A stretch of DNA of 57,231 bases from a virus (taxonomy: Duplodnaviria > Caudoviricetes): the IMG/VR virus record IMGVR_UViG_3300005512_000040, positions 1 to 57,231 of that record; one strand, given 5' to 3'. A program made the translations under genes and the position numbers. Position 1 is the stretch's first letter. Each line of letters starts with the position of its first letter. Below are positions 37,286 through 46,286 of the stretch, in pieces. The notes under the pieces were generated by a model. That model had not been told where the DNA came from. It did not search any database and saw only the letters and a list, made by a program, of their open reading frames with translations.

Positions 37286-39049
37286 ATGAAACGCTTTATC
37301 ACATCACTTGTCGCGCTTGCTGTGGTTGGCGCAACGTGGTCTTTTGCCGCGTATCCCAAGGCCACAAAGACCGCAGACATCGACGCATCCGTAGAGGCGG
37401 AGGGGTACGACTCGTACAACTGGGACATCAACGGGTTCAACGACTACGACTTCACGTGGACGTTTGACAACACCGACAGCCTTGCGGGGTTCTACGCGAC
37501 GTTCAAGATGTCGAAGGACCAGGGTGGCGGCGTATCGAACTACGTGCTGAAAACCACGTCTGAATGCACCACAACCAGCAATTCCATATCGACGTCGCTC
37601 GTGCATACGAACATCCCTCCGAACGGCCAGTATGACGCAGAGATTGCACTTCTTGACACGTTGACGACGAACACCATCCGGTCGTGGACGGGCAAGGTCA
37701 ACGTGAAGAACAGCCTGTTTGACGACGATGACAGTACGTACGTCTACCCGAGCGTGAGTCTGCTGGACTACTTGACCAAGGTTGAGGCGGCAGCTACGTA
37801 CAGGCAGCTTGTGACGGCGCTGGCTGGCGACGTCACGGGTCACTACCTTACGAATGTCGTTGGTTCGGTGCAGGGAATACCGTACAGCACGACGGACCCC
37901 GCGATTGGCGAGGTCTTCGCGTGGGACGGCACGAATATGTCGCCGTCATCTGCGGGTGACGCAATCCTGTCGAACGACCAGACGTTCACGGGCATAAACA
38001 CGTTCACGAAGACTATACTCGGGACGACAACGAATGCACAGTCACTAGGCGGCGTGGCTGCATCCGGCTACACAACCGACGCTGAGTTGAACGGGCACAC
38101 AAACCTGACGCTTGCAAGCGGCGCACACGGCGGCGAAACCGACCCGGTATGGGGGGCGGTCAGTAATCTGTACCTGCCATTGACCGCTGGACCGTCAAAC
38201 GTGATCACTGGCGATTTGTATCTGGATGACGGCAACGCAGCGAGTCCTTCTGTATTCTTCATTGATGAAGATAATGATTCCGGCGGGCTGGCCTTTGTGG
38301 GTGGGTCTATGCGACTCCTGACCTATACGGAGGACAGCGGCATAGAGATAGCGCCGTGGACTGGTGGAAGCGTTCGTATTGGCGGGGGGCTTACTGTCGG
38401 AAGTTCTCAGGACACAGAGGACGGCTACCTTCGCGTAGACGAGGACATAGATTGCTTCGGGAGTATCTATGTGCGCAACGTCTCCGGTGGCGGGTCAACG
38501 ACGACGGTAGCATCTATCACCAGTACGGGCATAGACTTCGGAACGAACAGTATGGTCTACACCTACGCCACGGACACGCTGAGCGCAGGAGTCATCACTG
38601 GCACGACGGTCTACGCTACGCACCTTGCTGGCGCGGCGGGGTCTACTGTGGTGGCAAACGCGGCCAACGGGCAGACGGCCTACGGCTGGGGGGATCACGC
38701 GACGAACGGGTATCTGACCGCAACCACAACCACAAATGTCTTCACAATGCCGTTTTACTCGATCCCGACCACGAACGCCATGTGGCTATTCGCAATCAAT
38801 AACAGCAACGCGCTTTCGGGGATCACGGTGCAATGTCGTAATGGAGCGGCATCGTTCGATCTGGTTAAGCAGGTGTCAACAAGCTCCTGGGGTACGGCCA
38901 CGGTCCTGGCCAACTCCGTGACGTGTAGTTCGACGTATGCCACAAGCGCCGTGAGTGGTTTCGTGGACGCAGGTGACTGGCTCGGCATCCGATGGGAGAG
39001 CACGGCGGCTACCGGCGTCATGGTGGCGGTGACGGGGGTGGCGCAATGA
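37286..39049 (+). CDS. Tail fibre/spike-like protein with signal peptide
   Basis: MKRFITSLVALAVVGATWSFA; QTFTGINTF, NAQSLGG, ETDPVW, YLPL.G, AYGWGDHA fibre motifs. Confidence 0.75.
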   Translation: MKRFITSLVALAVVGATWSFAAYPKATKTADIDASVEAEGYDSYNWDINGFNDYDFTWTFDNTDSLAGFYATFKMSKDQGGGVSNYVLKTTSECTTTSNSISTSLVHTNIPPNGQYDAEIALLDTLTTNTIRSWTGKVNVKNSLFDDDDSTYVYPSVSLLDYLTKVEAAATYRQLVTALAGDVTGHYLTNVVGSVQGIPYSTTDPAIGEVFAWDGTNMSPSSAGDAILSNDQTFTGINTFTKTILGTTTNAQSLGGVAASGYTTDAELNGHTNLTLASGAHGGETDPVWGAVSNLYLPLTAGPSNVITGDLYLDDGNAASPSVFFIDEDNDSGGLAFVGGSMRLLTYTEDSGIEIAPWTGGSVRIGGGLTVGSSQDTEDGYLRVDEDIDCFGSIYVRNVSGGGSTTTVASITSTGIDFGTNSMVYTYATDTLSAGVITGTTVYATHLAGAAGSTVVANAANGQTAYGWGDHATNGYLTATTTTNVFTMPFYSIPTTNAMWLFAINNSNALSGITVQCRNGAASFDLVKQVSTSSWGTATVLANSVTCSSTYATSAVSGFVDAGDWLGIRWESTAATGVMVAVTGVAQ

Positions 39050-40506
39050 AGTGCTCCATTATCATGGCTTTGCTTTTGCTGTGGGGTGCGGCCGCGCCAG
39101 CGGCGATCCGTTACCATTGTATCCCGATTCAGGGCACGGAGATTGCTAGTGGAGGGGGCGCGCCGTCCTACGTCATACCGACCAATGACGCCGCCTACTA
39201 TTGCGACTTTGCCACGGACACCAATGCCAGCGGTAAGTTTGCGTCAATTACTGGGGGAGATTCACTTGTCCCAAGCGGGGATGCGCGGTGGGTTGACGCG
39301 GACAACGGAGTATTCTTCGACGGCGTAAATCCCGACGAGCTGAAGACAGACGCTCCCAGCGGGGTGAACTTCGACGCCACAAATGGGACGCTTATGGCGT
39401 GGGCCTACCCGATGAACCGTGTACACATTCGGTCCGTTATGTCTGACGGCTTCCAGGGCGATTCGCGGTTGTGGATTGTTGACGGGTACAGCGCAAAGCC
39501 ACCGACTTACCCCGTGCCTCTTAATGTTACGATCAACGGTGGCTCTATTCCGATTGCATACCATGACCATGACGTTTTCGGATTGGCGCTTGAACAGTGG
39601 CACCACGTTGCTATAACAAAATCCAACACTGTCGGATCGCTCTACATTGACGGCGAGCTTGCTACAAATATAACCGCAGTCGCTGGCTTATGGGATTCGC
39701 ATGGGGTATGGGGGGCAAAGAGTCCGTCGTCAGAAACTACATGGCATGGTTTTCTTGACGAGGTCGCGGCCTACGAACGGGCATGGACAGCGGCAGAGTT
39801 GCAGGAGTACGTCGCCGCCACAGATCACCTCGACCCAACGTGGTCCGGGGCAAGCGTGGCAGACGAGAACCCGGTCTTGCAATACAAATTCGCGACCTCG
39901 TTGCTGGACGAGTATGACAGGATTGTGAATTCTGGATCGCACCAAGTACACGGGGTCAAGGACTATGCGACAGACCTCCCGTCGTACCATGTCAGCGAGG
40001 AAGCGGCTGCTGTTACGAACCAACTTTTCTGCTCGCAATGGTGCGGCACGATCGAAACAAATCAGTCTTACCTCTTTGCGTTTTGGGTGAACGTGCCGGG
40101 ATATCTAACATCAAAGACGAGCTTCGGTTTCGTCGGATCGGACGCAAGCATCATCCGTGCTTGGTGGGCGGCAGGCGGTGTCTACTTGTACGCAGACACA
40201 CCACACGGACCGGGGGTCAACGGTACTACAATGTGGCCAGCATACGATACATGGACACATTGCGCTTGGTTGCGCCATGCGGGAGACGACAAGGTGTACG
40301 GGTACAAGGACGGGGTGCTAGTCGGCACGGTGACAGACACCACTGTTGGCGCGTTTGATTTCTCGTATAGTTCTTGTCAGGTGGGCGGCTACGGCGGCTA
40401 TCGTATGACTGGCCTGCTGGATGATTTTCGCTTCTATCTATCGGACGATCCAGAGGGGATATCAACCAACTTGGCGACCACTATCTACAACGAGACGAGA
40501 CAGTGA
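39046..40506 (+). CDS. Tandem LamG/concanavalin A-like domain protein with signal peptide
   Basis: QWHHVAIT...LYIDG...GFLDEVAAYERA; second copy WTHCA...YKDG...GLLDDFRFY. Confidence 0.85.
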   Translation: MKCSIIMALLLLWGAAAPAAIRYHCIPIQGTEIASGGGAPSYVIPTNDAAYYCDFATDTNASGKFASITGGDSLVPSGDARWVDADNGVFFDGVNPDELKTDAPSGVNFDATNGTLMAWAYPMNRVHIRSVMSDGFQGDSRLWIVDGYSAKPPTYPVPLNVTINGGSIPIAYHDHDVFGLALEQWHHVAITKSNTVGSLYIDGELATNITAVAGLWDSHGVWGAKSPSSETTWHGFLDEVAAYERAWTAAELQEYVAATDHLDPTWSGASVADENPVLQYKFATSLLDEYDRIVNSGSHQVHGVKDYATDLPSYHVSEEAAAVTNQLFCSQWCGTIETNQSYLFAFWVNVPGYLTSKTSFGFVGSDASIIRAWWAAGGVYLYADTPHGPGVNGTTMWPAYDTWTHCAWLRHAGDDKVYGYKDGVLVGTVTDTTVGAFDFSYSSCQVGGYGGYRMTGLLDDFRFYLSDDPEGISTNLATTIYNETRQ

Positions 40507-40519
40507 TGGAGGCCACGCA

Positions 40520-41296
40520 ATGAAGGACAGACCAGCAGTAATCGCCGTCGCAATGATTCTCGCAGCGTTCGCCATGTTCCTGTGTGGGTGTGAGGACTTT
40601 GACGACGACGGTGGTGGCGGGGGCTGGTCAACGCACTTCCTCGCCGGATGGGGTGGCCAGACTTGCCCCCTGGTGGCATTATCACACGAGATAACAGACG
40701 ACCAGTTTGATGCGTGTCTGTCGGCAATGTCTGGCTATGGCGTCATCACCCCGTACCTCTACAATGACGGCGATGCAGGCGGTTACAAGGTTGCAGCACA
40801 CGAGAACCTCGACCTTTGCCGCGCTCGTATCGGGCGCATGATTGACAAGGGGCTGAAAGTGTGGCCGATTGTCGTGGCAGACGACTCGCCAGGTATCACG
40901 GGGCGCGGTGCTGCGGGGATTCTGGCGCTATTCGACGCATGTGAGCCGCTTCATGGGTACTTCTCTGGCGTCATTGATGGCATCGAGCCAGAGGAAAGCA
41001 ACATCGACGTAAACGCGCTAGGAAGCGGCTTAAAGGCGCGAGGCTTCCGAGTGGGCCACCATACCCTACCGCTCAACGCCGGTGGCTCCTATGCGGCTTG
41101 TAGCGCGTCGTGGTGCGACTACGCGATGTTGCAGCTTGGCTACCCGTTTGCGCGTATGGACATCGAGGAAGCCAAGGCGATTGTTGACGAGGTACAGGGC
41201 GCGGTGTCTGCCAGGGTTATCGCGTTTGAATACGATGTTACGCTCGACGGCTCGAAACTAGGCGCAAGCGGCTACGGCTGTGGGCGGGGCGGATGA
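40520..41296 (+). CDS. Putative lipoprotein, glycoside-hydrolase-like
   Basis: Hydrophobic leader with LCG|C lipobox-like site; acidic EPEE and FEY motifs. Confidence 0.55.
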   Translation: MKDRPAVIAVAMILAAFAMFLCGCEDFDDDGGGGGWSTHFLAGWGGQTCPLVALSHEITDDQFDACLSAMSGYGVITPYLYNDGDAGGYKVAAHENLDLCRARIGRMIDKGLKVWPIVVADDSPGITGRGAAGILALFDACEPLHGYFSGVIDGIEPEESNIDVNALGSGLKARGFRVGHHTLPLNAGGSYAACSASWCDYAMLQLGYPFARMDIEEAKAIVDEVQGAVSARVIAFEYDVTLDGSKLGASGYGCGRGG

Positions 41297-41448
41297 CGGC
41301 ATGGGCGAGCGTGTGTCAATTCCGTTGCTGCGGTTCTGGTTTCGCAAGCGTTTGCGGCACGCATTTGACGGCATCAGGCGGGACGGCTTGCCGACGTTCC
41401 CTCTGATTGTGTTATTGAAGCGGCTTTTAGGGAAGTAGGGCAGGACAA

Positions 41449-41742
41449 ATGGCGAATGGTGAAGGAATGAATAAGGCACAAAAGATGGTTGTTGGCGCTG
41501 GTTTAGGTATTCCCGCTGCGGCGCTGCTGCTGATTGGATCATACAAGGCAAAGGTCGACAACAACTGTGCAGACCTTGGAGTGATTAAGCCCAAGGTGCA
41601 ACAGATGGAAGTCACCATGCAGACGCATATTGCCGAGGCGCGTCAGGTGTCTCTTGACATCAAGCAGGAGCAGGGCAGGCAGGCAGAGAGGTCATTGCGG
41701 ATTGAGACGAAACTTGACGCGCTATCCGACCGGATCAAGTAG
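41449..41742 (+). CDS. Single-TM coiled-coil protein (lysis-associated?)
   Basis: TM segment plus ...RIETKLD end. Confidence 0.6.
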   Translation: MANGEGMNKAQKMVVGAGLGIPAAALLLIGSYKAKVDNNCADLGVIKPKVQQMEVTMQTHIAEARQVSLDIKQEQGRQAERSLRIETKLDALSDRIK

Positions 41743-41743
41743 C

Positions 41744-42205
41744 ATGTACCACGATTGGCGTCAGATGGAGTGGGTCAACCCCAAGGGCTTTACGTCCATA
41801 ATCGACCCCGACGAGCGCAGACGGTGGGGCCTGTTCTGGTCGATTGCCGTGCGCGAGGTCACGCTTGACAAAGACGCGCCTCTCACGCTAAGGGTGAATG
41901 ACGGTTGCTACGTGCAGCCGGACCGCCATTTCACGTCAGACCTTGGCAGCATACCGCCGCCGCTAACCGCAATACCTGGACTTGAGCGCGACCGATTCCC
42001 GAAGTCCTACCTCCTGCACGATTCGGCGTGCGACAATCACGGCCTGTACTTCTCGTCAACGCTTACCGGTCCGTTCGTGTTCTGTGAAATGCCGAGTGAG
42101 TCTGTCCACAAGTTGCTGCGGTCGTCAGTCCGCGCAGAAGGCGGCAACGCGGTGAACGCTGCCGCCATCTATGCTGCTGTTAGGTCGTGCGGGCCTAGGT
42201 GGTGA
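41744..42205 (+). CDS. DUF1353-like protein
   Basis: FTSDLGSIP...YLLHD...IYAAVR..G. Confidence 0.75.
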   Translation: MYHDWRQMEWVNPKGFTSIIDPDERRRWGLFWSIAVREVTLDKDAPLTLRVNDGCYVQPDRHFTSDLGSIPPPLTAIPGLERDRFPKSYLLHDSACDNHGLYFSSTLTGPFVFCEMPSESVHKLLRSSVRAEGGNAVNAAAIYAAVRSCGPRW

Positions 42206-42254
42206 AACAACGACTCACCGACCAGACGTGCCGCTGGTCAGTTCGGTGTTGGCC
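42205..42254 (+). repeat. Unbulged 50-bp terminal site (attI position)
   Basis: AAACAAC-GACTC-ACCGACCAG-ACGTGCCG-CTGGTCAGT-TCGGT-GTTGGCC; homologous to the site at 44965. Confidence 0.7.
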
Positions 42255-42820
42255 TCTACCTCGTTGCCCCACACCGTCCAGCCGGGGCGGGCGCGGCGGG
42301 CGAACAGTTCAAGCCGTGGCCCGTCGCTCACCGTCTCGATCATGTCCTGAAAGAACTCCGGTTTCGTGCTGTGCGAGTTGTGCGGGCGTTTCACCTGCCA
42401 CCACGTCGAGTCCACGCGCCGCTTGCCTTGCGGCATCCGGCCCTTGCGCCCCAACAACAGGAACTCGCTCGTCGGGCAGAACAGCCCGCCTTGCCCCAGC
42501 CCTCGCGGTCGCTTGCACCAGGTCAACGCCTGGCAATACCGGAAGCCCCACGCCTGCATGACGCTGAAGGCTTCCGGCAGGTACTTCTGCGTTGTCCACA
42601 GGTACAGGTCGCAGTCATCAGCGGCGCATCCGGCAACCGGAAGCGCGGCAATCTCGGAAACCGGCATGGTCGGATAGGGCATGTCGTATTCGTGTCCGTT
42701 CGGTCTGCTTGCCGGAGTTGCGCGGCCCCACTTTCCGTATTGCCACGGCGGGTCTGCCACAATCGTCCGGAACCGACCGGAAGGCCAACCAAGAGGTGCA
42801 GCCGATTCGCTATCGCTCAC
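42215..42820 (-). CDS. MT-A70 family adenine methyltransferase, cassette-borne
   Basis: IVADPPW; YPTM; LYLWTT; WGFRY; HSTKP; RLELFAR...WGNE. Confidence 0.92.
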   Translation of the reverse strand: MSDSESAAPLGWPSGRFRTIVADPPWQYGKWGRATPASRPNGHEYDMPYPTMPVSEIAALPVAGCAADDCDLYLWTTQKYLPEAFSVMQAWGFRYCQALTWCKRPRGLGQGGLFCPTSEFLLLGRKGRMPQGKRRVDSTWWQVKRPHNSHSTKPEFFQDMIETVSDGPRLELFARRARPGWTVWGNEVEANTELTSGTSGR

Positions 42821-42841
42821 GGCTGACCTCCATCGTTCGGC
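42783..42841 (+). repeat. attC-like site (59 bp)
   Basis: GGCCAAC-CAAGA-GGTGCAGCCG...CGGCTGACC-TCCATC-GTTCGGC. Confidence 0.88.
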
Positions 42842-43095
42842 AACTCGTGAATACGCAGTGCCCACATACCATCGTCTCGCTCGTGCCACCTGCCAATGTT
42901 GATGCTCTGTCCGCCGTCGGTCTCGACCTCGACGAATCGGCCCGCTTCCGGCCCCGGAGGTCCATCGAAGACGATGTTGATTGCCGAGCAAGCGGATGGA
43001 GAACTACACGATGAAGGACGCAATCTGCATCCTCCCGGTCTCCCACATTCCGAACCCGTCCACTCCGTGCAATCGTTGTCGATGTCACACTTCAT
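42817..43095 (-). CDS. Cassette hypothetical protein
   Basis: Starts inside the attC at 42983; ...FDGPPGPEAGRFVEVE... Confidence 0.7.
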   Translation of the reverse strand: MKCDIDNDCTEWTGSECGRPGGCRLRPSSCSSPSACSAINIVFDGPPGPEAGRFVEVETDGGQSINIGRWHERDDGMWALRIHELPNDGGQP

Positions 43096-43121
43096 CGTGA
43101 GTCTCATCCTTTCCGTTAGCT
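42983..43121 (+). repeat. Long attC-like site (139 bp) with mutated R'' (AGC)
   Basis: GCCGAGC-AAGCG-GATGGAGAACT-ACACGATGAAG...CTTCATCGTG-AGTCTCATC-CTTTCC-GTTAGCT. Confidence 0.8.
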
Positions 43122-43375
43122 GCATACAAATGTTTCTCAAGTGATTCCCACTTGCAGGTACACGGCCCCTCTGCATCGTACCACTCATTGCACGGCTTAC
43201 AGTGATCACCGTAGAAAAGCAGCATTCGCACTAAGAGACGATTCTCTGCTTTGAGTTCGTCGATACTGCTAGCAGCCAACAACGGCTCGGACGGTACAGG
43301 AGAAACCGCGCTCAGGCAGTCCTCACAGAATCCGTCTTGCAAAGGTTTATTGTGAATCTTACACATCATCGTCAT
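43085..43375 (-). CDS. Cassette protein, Cys-rich
   Basis: RBS and start lie inside the attC at 43274. Confidence 0.7.
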   Translation of the reverse strand: MTMMCKIHNKPLQDGFCEDCLSAVSPVPSEPLLAASSIDELKAENRLLVRMLLFYGDHCKPCNEWYDAEGPCTCKWESLEKHLYAANGKDETHDEV

Positions 43376-43411
43376 GTCTGTTTCTCCTGCCCGTCAAGCC
43401 GAGCGTTCGGC
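43274..43411 (+). repeat. Long attC-like site (138 bp)
   Basis: AGCCAAC...GACGGTACAGGAGAAAC...GTTTCTCCTGCCCGTC...GTTCGGC. Confidence 0.8.
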
Positions 43412-43569
43412 ACTTCCGTCGATGTCGGATAGACGATTTCTGCCCCGCACTCTCTATCAGCGCACACCAAACGGTCATTATCCCAACCGCCGCCGTACAT
43501 CGAATGCATAATCTCACCGCAAATGTCACACGTCACCGGCGATTGCTTTGCCTTTTCAAACTGCGTCAT
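43372..43569 (-). CDS. Cassette Zn-ribbon protein
   Basis: CDIC...CADREC. Confidence 0.7.
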   Translation of the reverse strand: MTQFEKAKQSPVTCDICGEIMHSMYGGGWDNDRLVCADRECGAEIVYPTSTEVPNARLDGQEKQT

Positions 43570-43826
43570 GCGTCACCACCTGCCGAACAATCAGATTCGG
43601 CGGACGGAGTACCGCCGCTGATCTGCGCGTTGGCAACATCGGCCTTGCGGTCGAGCACCACAATGCACTCGTACTGCTGGACGTGGTATATGTCGCCATC
43701 GTCATGCCATACAACCCAAGCGTCACCCGTTGCACACGGGACGTGCTTGACTGTGCCTTCCAGCGTTTCGCCACCCGCCCAACACACCCGTACTCTGTCG
43801 CCCACTCTTGCGCCTGTATCAGCCAT
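43566..43826 (-). CDS. Cassette hypothetical protein
   Basis: GGAGG RBS; C-terminus encoded by the attC at 43582. Confidence 0.7.
   Translation of the reverse strand: MADTGARVGDRVRVCWAGGETLEGTVKHVPCATGDAWVVWHDDGDIYHVQQYECIVVLDRKADVANAQISGGTPSAESDCSAGGDA
43582..43635 (+). repeat. attC-like site (54 bp), near-identical to 46297
   Basis: GCCGAAC-AATCA-GATTCGGCGG-ACGGAGTACCG-CCGCTGATC-TGCGC-GTTGGCA. Confidence 0.88.
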
Positions 43827-43846
43827 TTTCGTATCCTCCATTCAGT

Positions 43847-43907
43847 TGCCAACAAAAGGCTTCAGCTTACGTCGCTATCGCGCCGAAGCTGAGCCTCGGC
43901 GTTCACA
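43847..43907 (+). repeat. attC-like site (61 bp)
   Basis: TGCCAAC-AAAAG-GCTTCAGCTT...AAGCTGAGC-CTCGGC-GTTCACA. Confidence 0.9.
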
Positions 43908-44125
43908 TTCAAGCCGCGTTGCAACCCCATATAGCGCGCCTTGTTTGTCACCGCTGACAGCCTCCTGCCTAGGTACTTCGCAAGCTCTTTAGCGGAAACC
44001 TTGCCGTAGTATTGCCGCATTACGGACTCGTCATTCTCCGTCCACGGCACGCTGCGAGGCTTCGTGGTCCTTATCAGTTCGTCAAGCTCTGGAACGCTCA
44101 CAACGCCGGATTGACAGCTTTTCAT
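43862..44125 (-). CDS. Small HTH/Myb-like protein
   Basis: WTENDE...ELAKYLGR..SAV..KARYMGL. Confidence 0.7.
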   Translation of the reverse strand: MKSCQSGVVSVPELDELIRTTKPRSVPWTENDESVMRQYYGKVSAKELAKYLGRRLSAVTNKARYMGLQRGLNVNAEAQLRRDSDVS

Positions 44126-44931
44126 AGCACCACCGCCTTTGCTTTCTGCGACTCAATCTTGACAGTTTCGGCATGCCAGTCGAACGCGCCATCGTCGGCA
44201 ACGTCAAACACCGTCACGCCCCAATCCACGAGGCCGGTGCATTGCCGCGCACCGTACTTCGTGCCCATCCCCTGCAATGCTGGCAGCGTCATTGCGACCC
44301 AACCAGGGCCACCGCAGAACGCGTGATAGTGGACGTGTCCGCGCAAAAACACGTTGGCGTCAGGCTGTAGCGCGTCCTCGTGGTTCCACAGGATGTTCCA
44401 CATGCGCTCCTTGGCGGTTGCTGTGTGGCGTCCGTGCGGGATCGTGCTGCTTCCGATCTTGTGTTTGAGGTCGAATACGCAGCCGTTTACGTCAACCCAC
44501 TCGTGAGCGCCAATCTTCTTGAATCCCGCACGCTCGGCAATGCGGTTCTCCCAATCCTCATCGTTGCCGGTATGGTATCCGGTGCCGTATACTCCGACCC
44601 ACTCAAAGCCGCGACGTGCATTGAGAAGCACGGCGTTAAGGCACTCAATCGCCATGTCTGACTGTTCCTCGCGGTCGGTCGTGATTAGCTCTGTGCCACC
44701 GCTCTTGCGTCCGGTGCCGTCGATTCCGTCGCCGACGTACAGCCCGAAGTGGAACGGACCAAGCTCGTCAATCATGCGCTTGTAATGGTCCCACAGCTGC
44801 CGTTGAAGACGCGCCCACTTGTTGTGTTTGGTTGTCGTGCCATTGACCTCTTTTGTCTGCCATGCGGGAGGCGTCAACCCGCAGGCGTGTCCACAGTGTA
44901 GGTCGCTTACTACAATTCCTCGTTTCTTCAT
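44122..44931 (-). CDS. Metallophosphoesterase
   Basis: SDLHCG, GDGIDG, GTGYH, KH, GHVH. Confidence 0.85.
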   Translation of the reverse strand: MKKRGIVVSDLHCGHACGLTPPAWQTKEVNGTTTKHNKWARLQRQLWDHYKRMIDELGPFHFGLYVGDGIDGTGRKSGGTELITTDREEQSDMAIECLNAVLLNARRGFEWVGVYGTGYHTGNDEDWENRIAERAGFKKIGAHEWVDVNGCVFDLKHKIGSSTIPHGRHTATAKERMWNILWNHEDALQPDANVFLRGHVHYHAFCGGPGWVAMTLPALQGMGTKYGARQCTGLVDWGVTVFDVADDGAFDWHAETVKIESQKAKAVVL

Positions 44932-44964
44932 ACTTGCGCCCCTTTCTCCGTTCGCTTTTCCTTC

Positions 44965-45014
44965 CGCCAACGATTCATTGACGGGACGTGCCGCCCGTCA
45001 ACTCGGTGTTGTGC
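44965..45014 (+). repeat. Unbulged 50-bp terminal site (attI position)
   Basis: CGCCAAC-GATTC-ATTGACGGG-ACGTGCCG-CCCGTCAAC-TCGGT-GTTGTGC. Confidence 0.7.
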
Positions 45015-45199
45015 CGCTTGTTGGGTTTACAAGACTCTCTGGCTTCAATGTCGAACTCAACGTCGAAGCGCACGGACTCACGCTTCTCCCATTCTTCGCG
45101 GTCAACCGACATATCACGGTATGCCTTCAGTAACCGTTGCAGGATCTTCAGGCTGTCCGTCGACAGTTCATCCACATCAACAATGATCTCGTTTTCCAT
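44975..45199 (-). CDS. Cassette hypothetical protein
   Basis: AAGGA RBS; MENEIIVD start. Confidence 0.65.
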   Translation of the reverse strand: MENEIIVDVDELSTDSLKILQRLLKAYRDMSVDREEWEKRESVRFDVEFDIEARESCKPNKRHNTELTGGTSRQ

Positions 45200-45226
45200 C
45201 TGGTTCCTTTCCTGCCTTGCCGGGAA

Positions 45227-45286
45227 ACCCAACAAGACAATTCACGCTATCGGCGTTCCGCCGAATCGTGATTGTTAGCGTTGTGC
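45227..45286 (+). repeat. attC-like site (60 bp)
   Basis: ACCCAAC-AAGAC-AATTCACG...CGTGATT-GTTAGC-GTTGTGC; loop homologous to the site at 6327. Confidence 0.85.
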
Positions 45287-46284
45287 GTCAAAGGCAACAG
45301 CCCCTGCCGCAGTTCGTTTTCCAGCCGCGCCCGCGCAGATTCAAACTCGCGCTCGTCCTTTTCCACGCCGACAAACCGCCGCCCGGTCTTGATGCACGCC
45401 AGCCCGGTCGTGCCCGACCCCATGAAGCAATCCAACACCGTATCGCCCGGATTGGTCGTTGTCTCGACGATTCTTTGCATGAGTTCCAATGGCTTCGGCG
45501 TGGCGTGCCCGTTGGCTTTCGCGGGCGGGTATTGCCATACGCTCGACACTTTGCCGGGGTTGTTGAACGTCGGGCGGAGATGTTCGTACTCGCGGCGCAG
45601 GTCGTCGTACTCGCGGCGCAGGTCGTCGTAAGTTCTCTTTAATGGTAGGATTTTCCCCAATTCCGAATAGAGTTGCTTGTCGCATAAATCCCACCGCCGC
45701 CCCTTATTCCACCCGATTTTATACGACGCATGAACACGGACGCTCTCTTCGGTGGTATAGCGCCCGTCTCGCCTAAACACAGCATGCACGTCCTCTTTTG
45801 TTCTTCCGCTCAAATCAAAGGCAGCAAGAAAATACTCTCGCAACGGGCGACAAATGGCGTTCTGATCTGTCCACTGCCCGTCGTCAGCGTGGTAGACGAT
45901 GTACTCGGCCAGCTTCGCGAATGAACGCAGTAGTGGGCTATCTCGCGCGGCATACAACTGCGAATGTGCTTGCTCTGGTGCGTATTTATCCCACGTCACC
46001 CAGTTTTGCATCGGTCGCCCGTGCCGCTCGATGATTCGCGCAATGTCGGCCAGCACCAGCGGCTCAGAGTGGAAACACCAGAACGCACCTTGCCGCTTGC
46101 ACCCCCTTGACGCCGCCGCAATCCACGACTCGCACCATTCGAGGTAGTTGGGTATCTTGTCCCATGCCGCCTTGCCAATGTTGTACGGCGGGTCAGTCAC
46201 AACGGCGTCGCACTCCACTGGTAGCACGTCTAGGCAGTCGCCACGGATGATGGTCACATCGTCAGATAGTTTTACCGCTTTCAT
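45247..46284 (-). CDS. N4/N6 DNA methyltransferase, cassette-borne
   Basis: TDPPY; HATPKP; LDCFMGSGTT; YDDLRRE heptad repeats. Confidence 0.92.
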   Translation of the reverse strand: MKAVKLSDDVTIIRGDCLDVLPVECDAVVTDPPYNIGKAAWDKIPNYLEWCESWIAAASRGCKRQGAFWCFHSEPLVLADIARIIERHGRPMQNWVTWDKYAPEQAHSQLYAARDSPLLRSFAKLAEYIVYHADDGQWTDQNAICRPLREYFLAAFDLSGRTKEDVHAVFRRDGRYTTEESVRVHASYKIGWNKGRRWDLCDKQLYSELGKILPLKRTYDDLRREYDDLRREYEHLRPTFNNPGKVSSVWQYPPAKANGHATPKPLELMQRIVETTTNPGDTVLDCFMGSGTTGLACIKTGRRFVGVEKDEREFESARARLENELRQGLLPLTHNANNHDSAERR

Positions 46285-46286
46285 GA

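Larger units (their letters stand above)
42205..43907 (+). mobile_element. Integron-like cassette array 3 (5 cassettes); genes on -
   Basis: Sites at 42205, 42783, 42983, 43274, 43582 and 43847. Core pairs: GTTGGCC/GGCCAAC, GTTCGGC/GCCGAGC (1 mismatch), GTTAGCT/AGCCAAC (1 mismatch), GTTCGGC/GCCGAAC, GTTGGCA/TGCCAAC. Confidence 0.9.

Noticed and set aside
37286-40506. Diversity-generating retroelement targeting the fibre or LamG genes
   Set aside because: No reverse transcriptase ORF and no TR/VR pair with adenine-specific differences seen; the 207-bp duplication is a cassette copy.
40520-42205. Canonical endolysin-holin-spanin cassette
   Set aside because: No recognisable lysozyme, amidase or peptidase motif; only positional hints.
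45580-45632. 21-bp tandem repeat as a phase-variation tract
   Set aside because: In-frame heptad (YDDLRRE) repeat within the MTase; it does not shift the frame.
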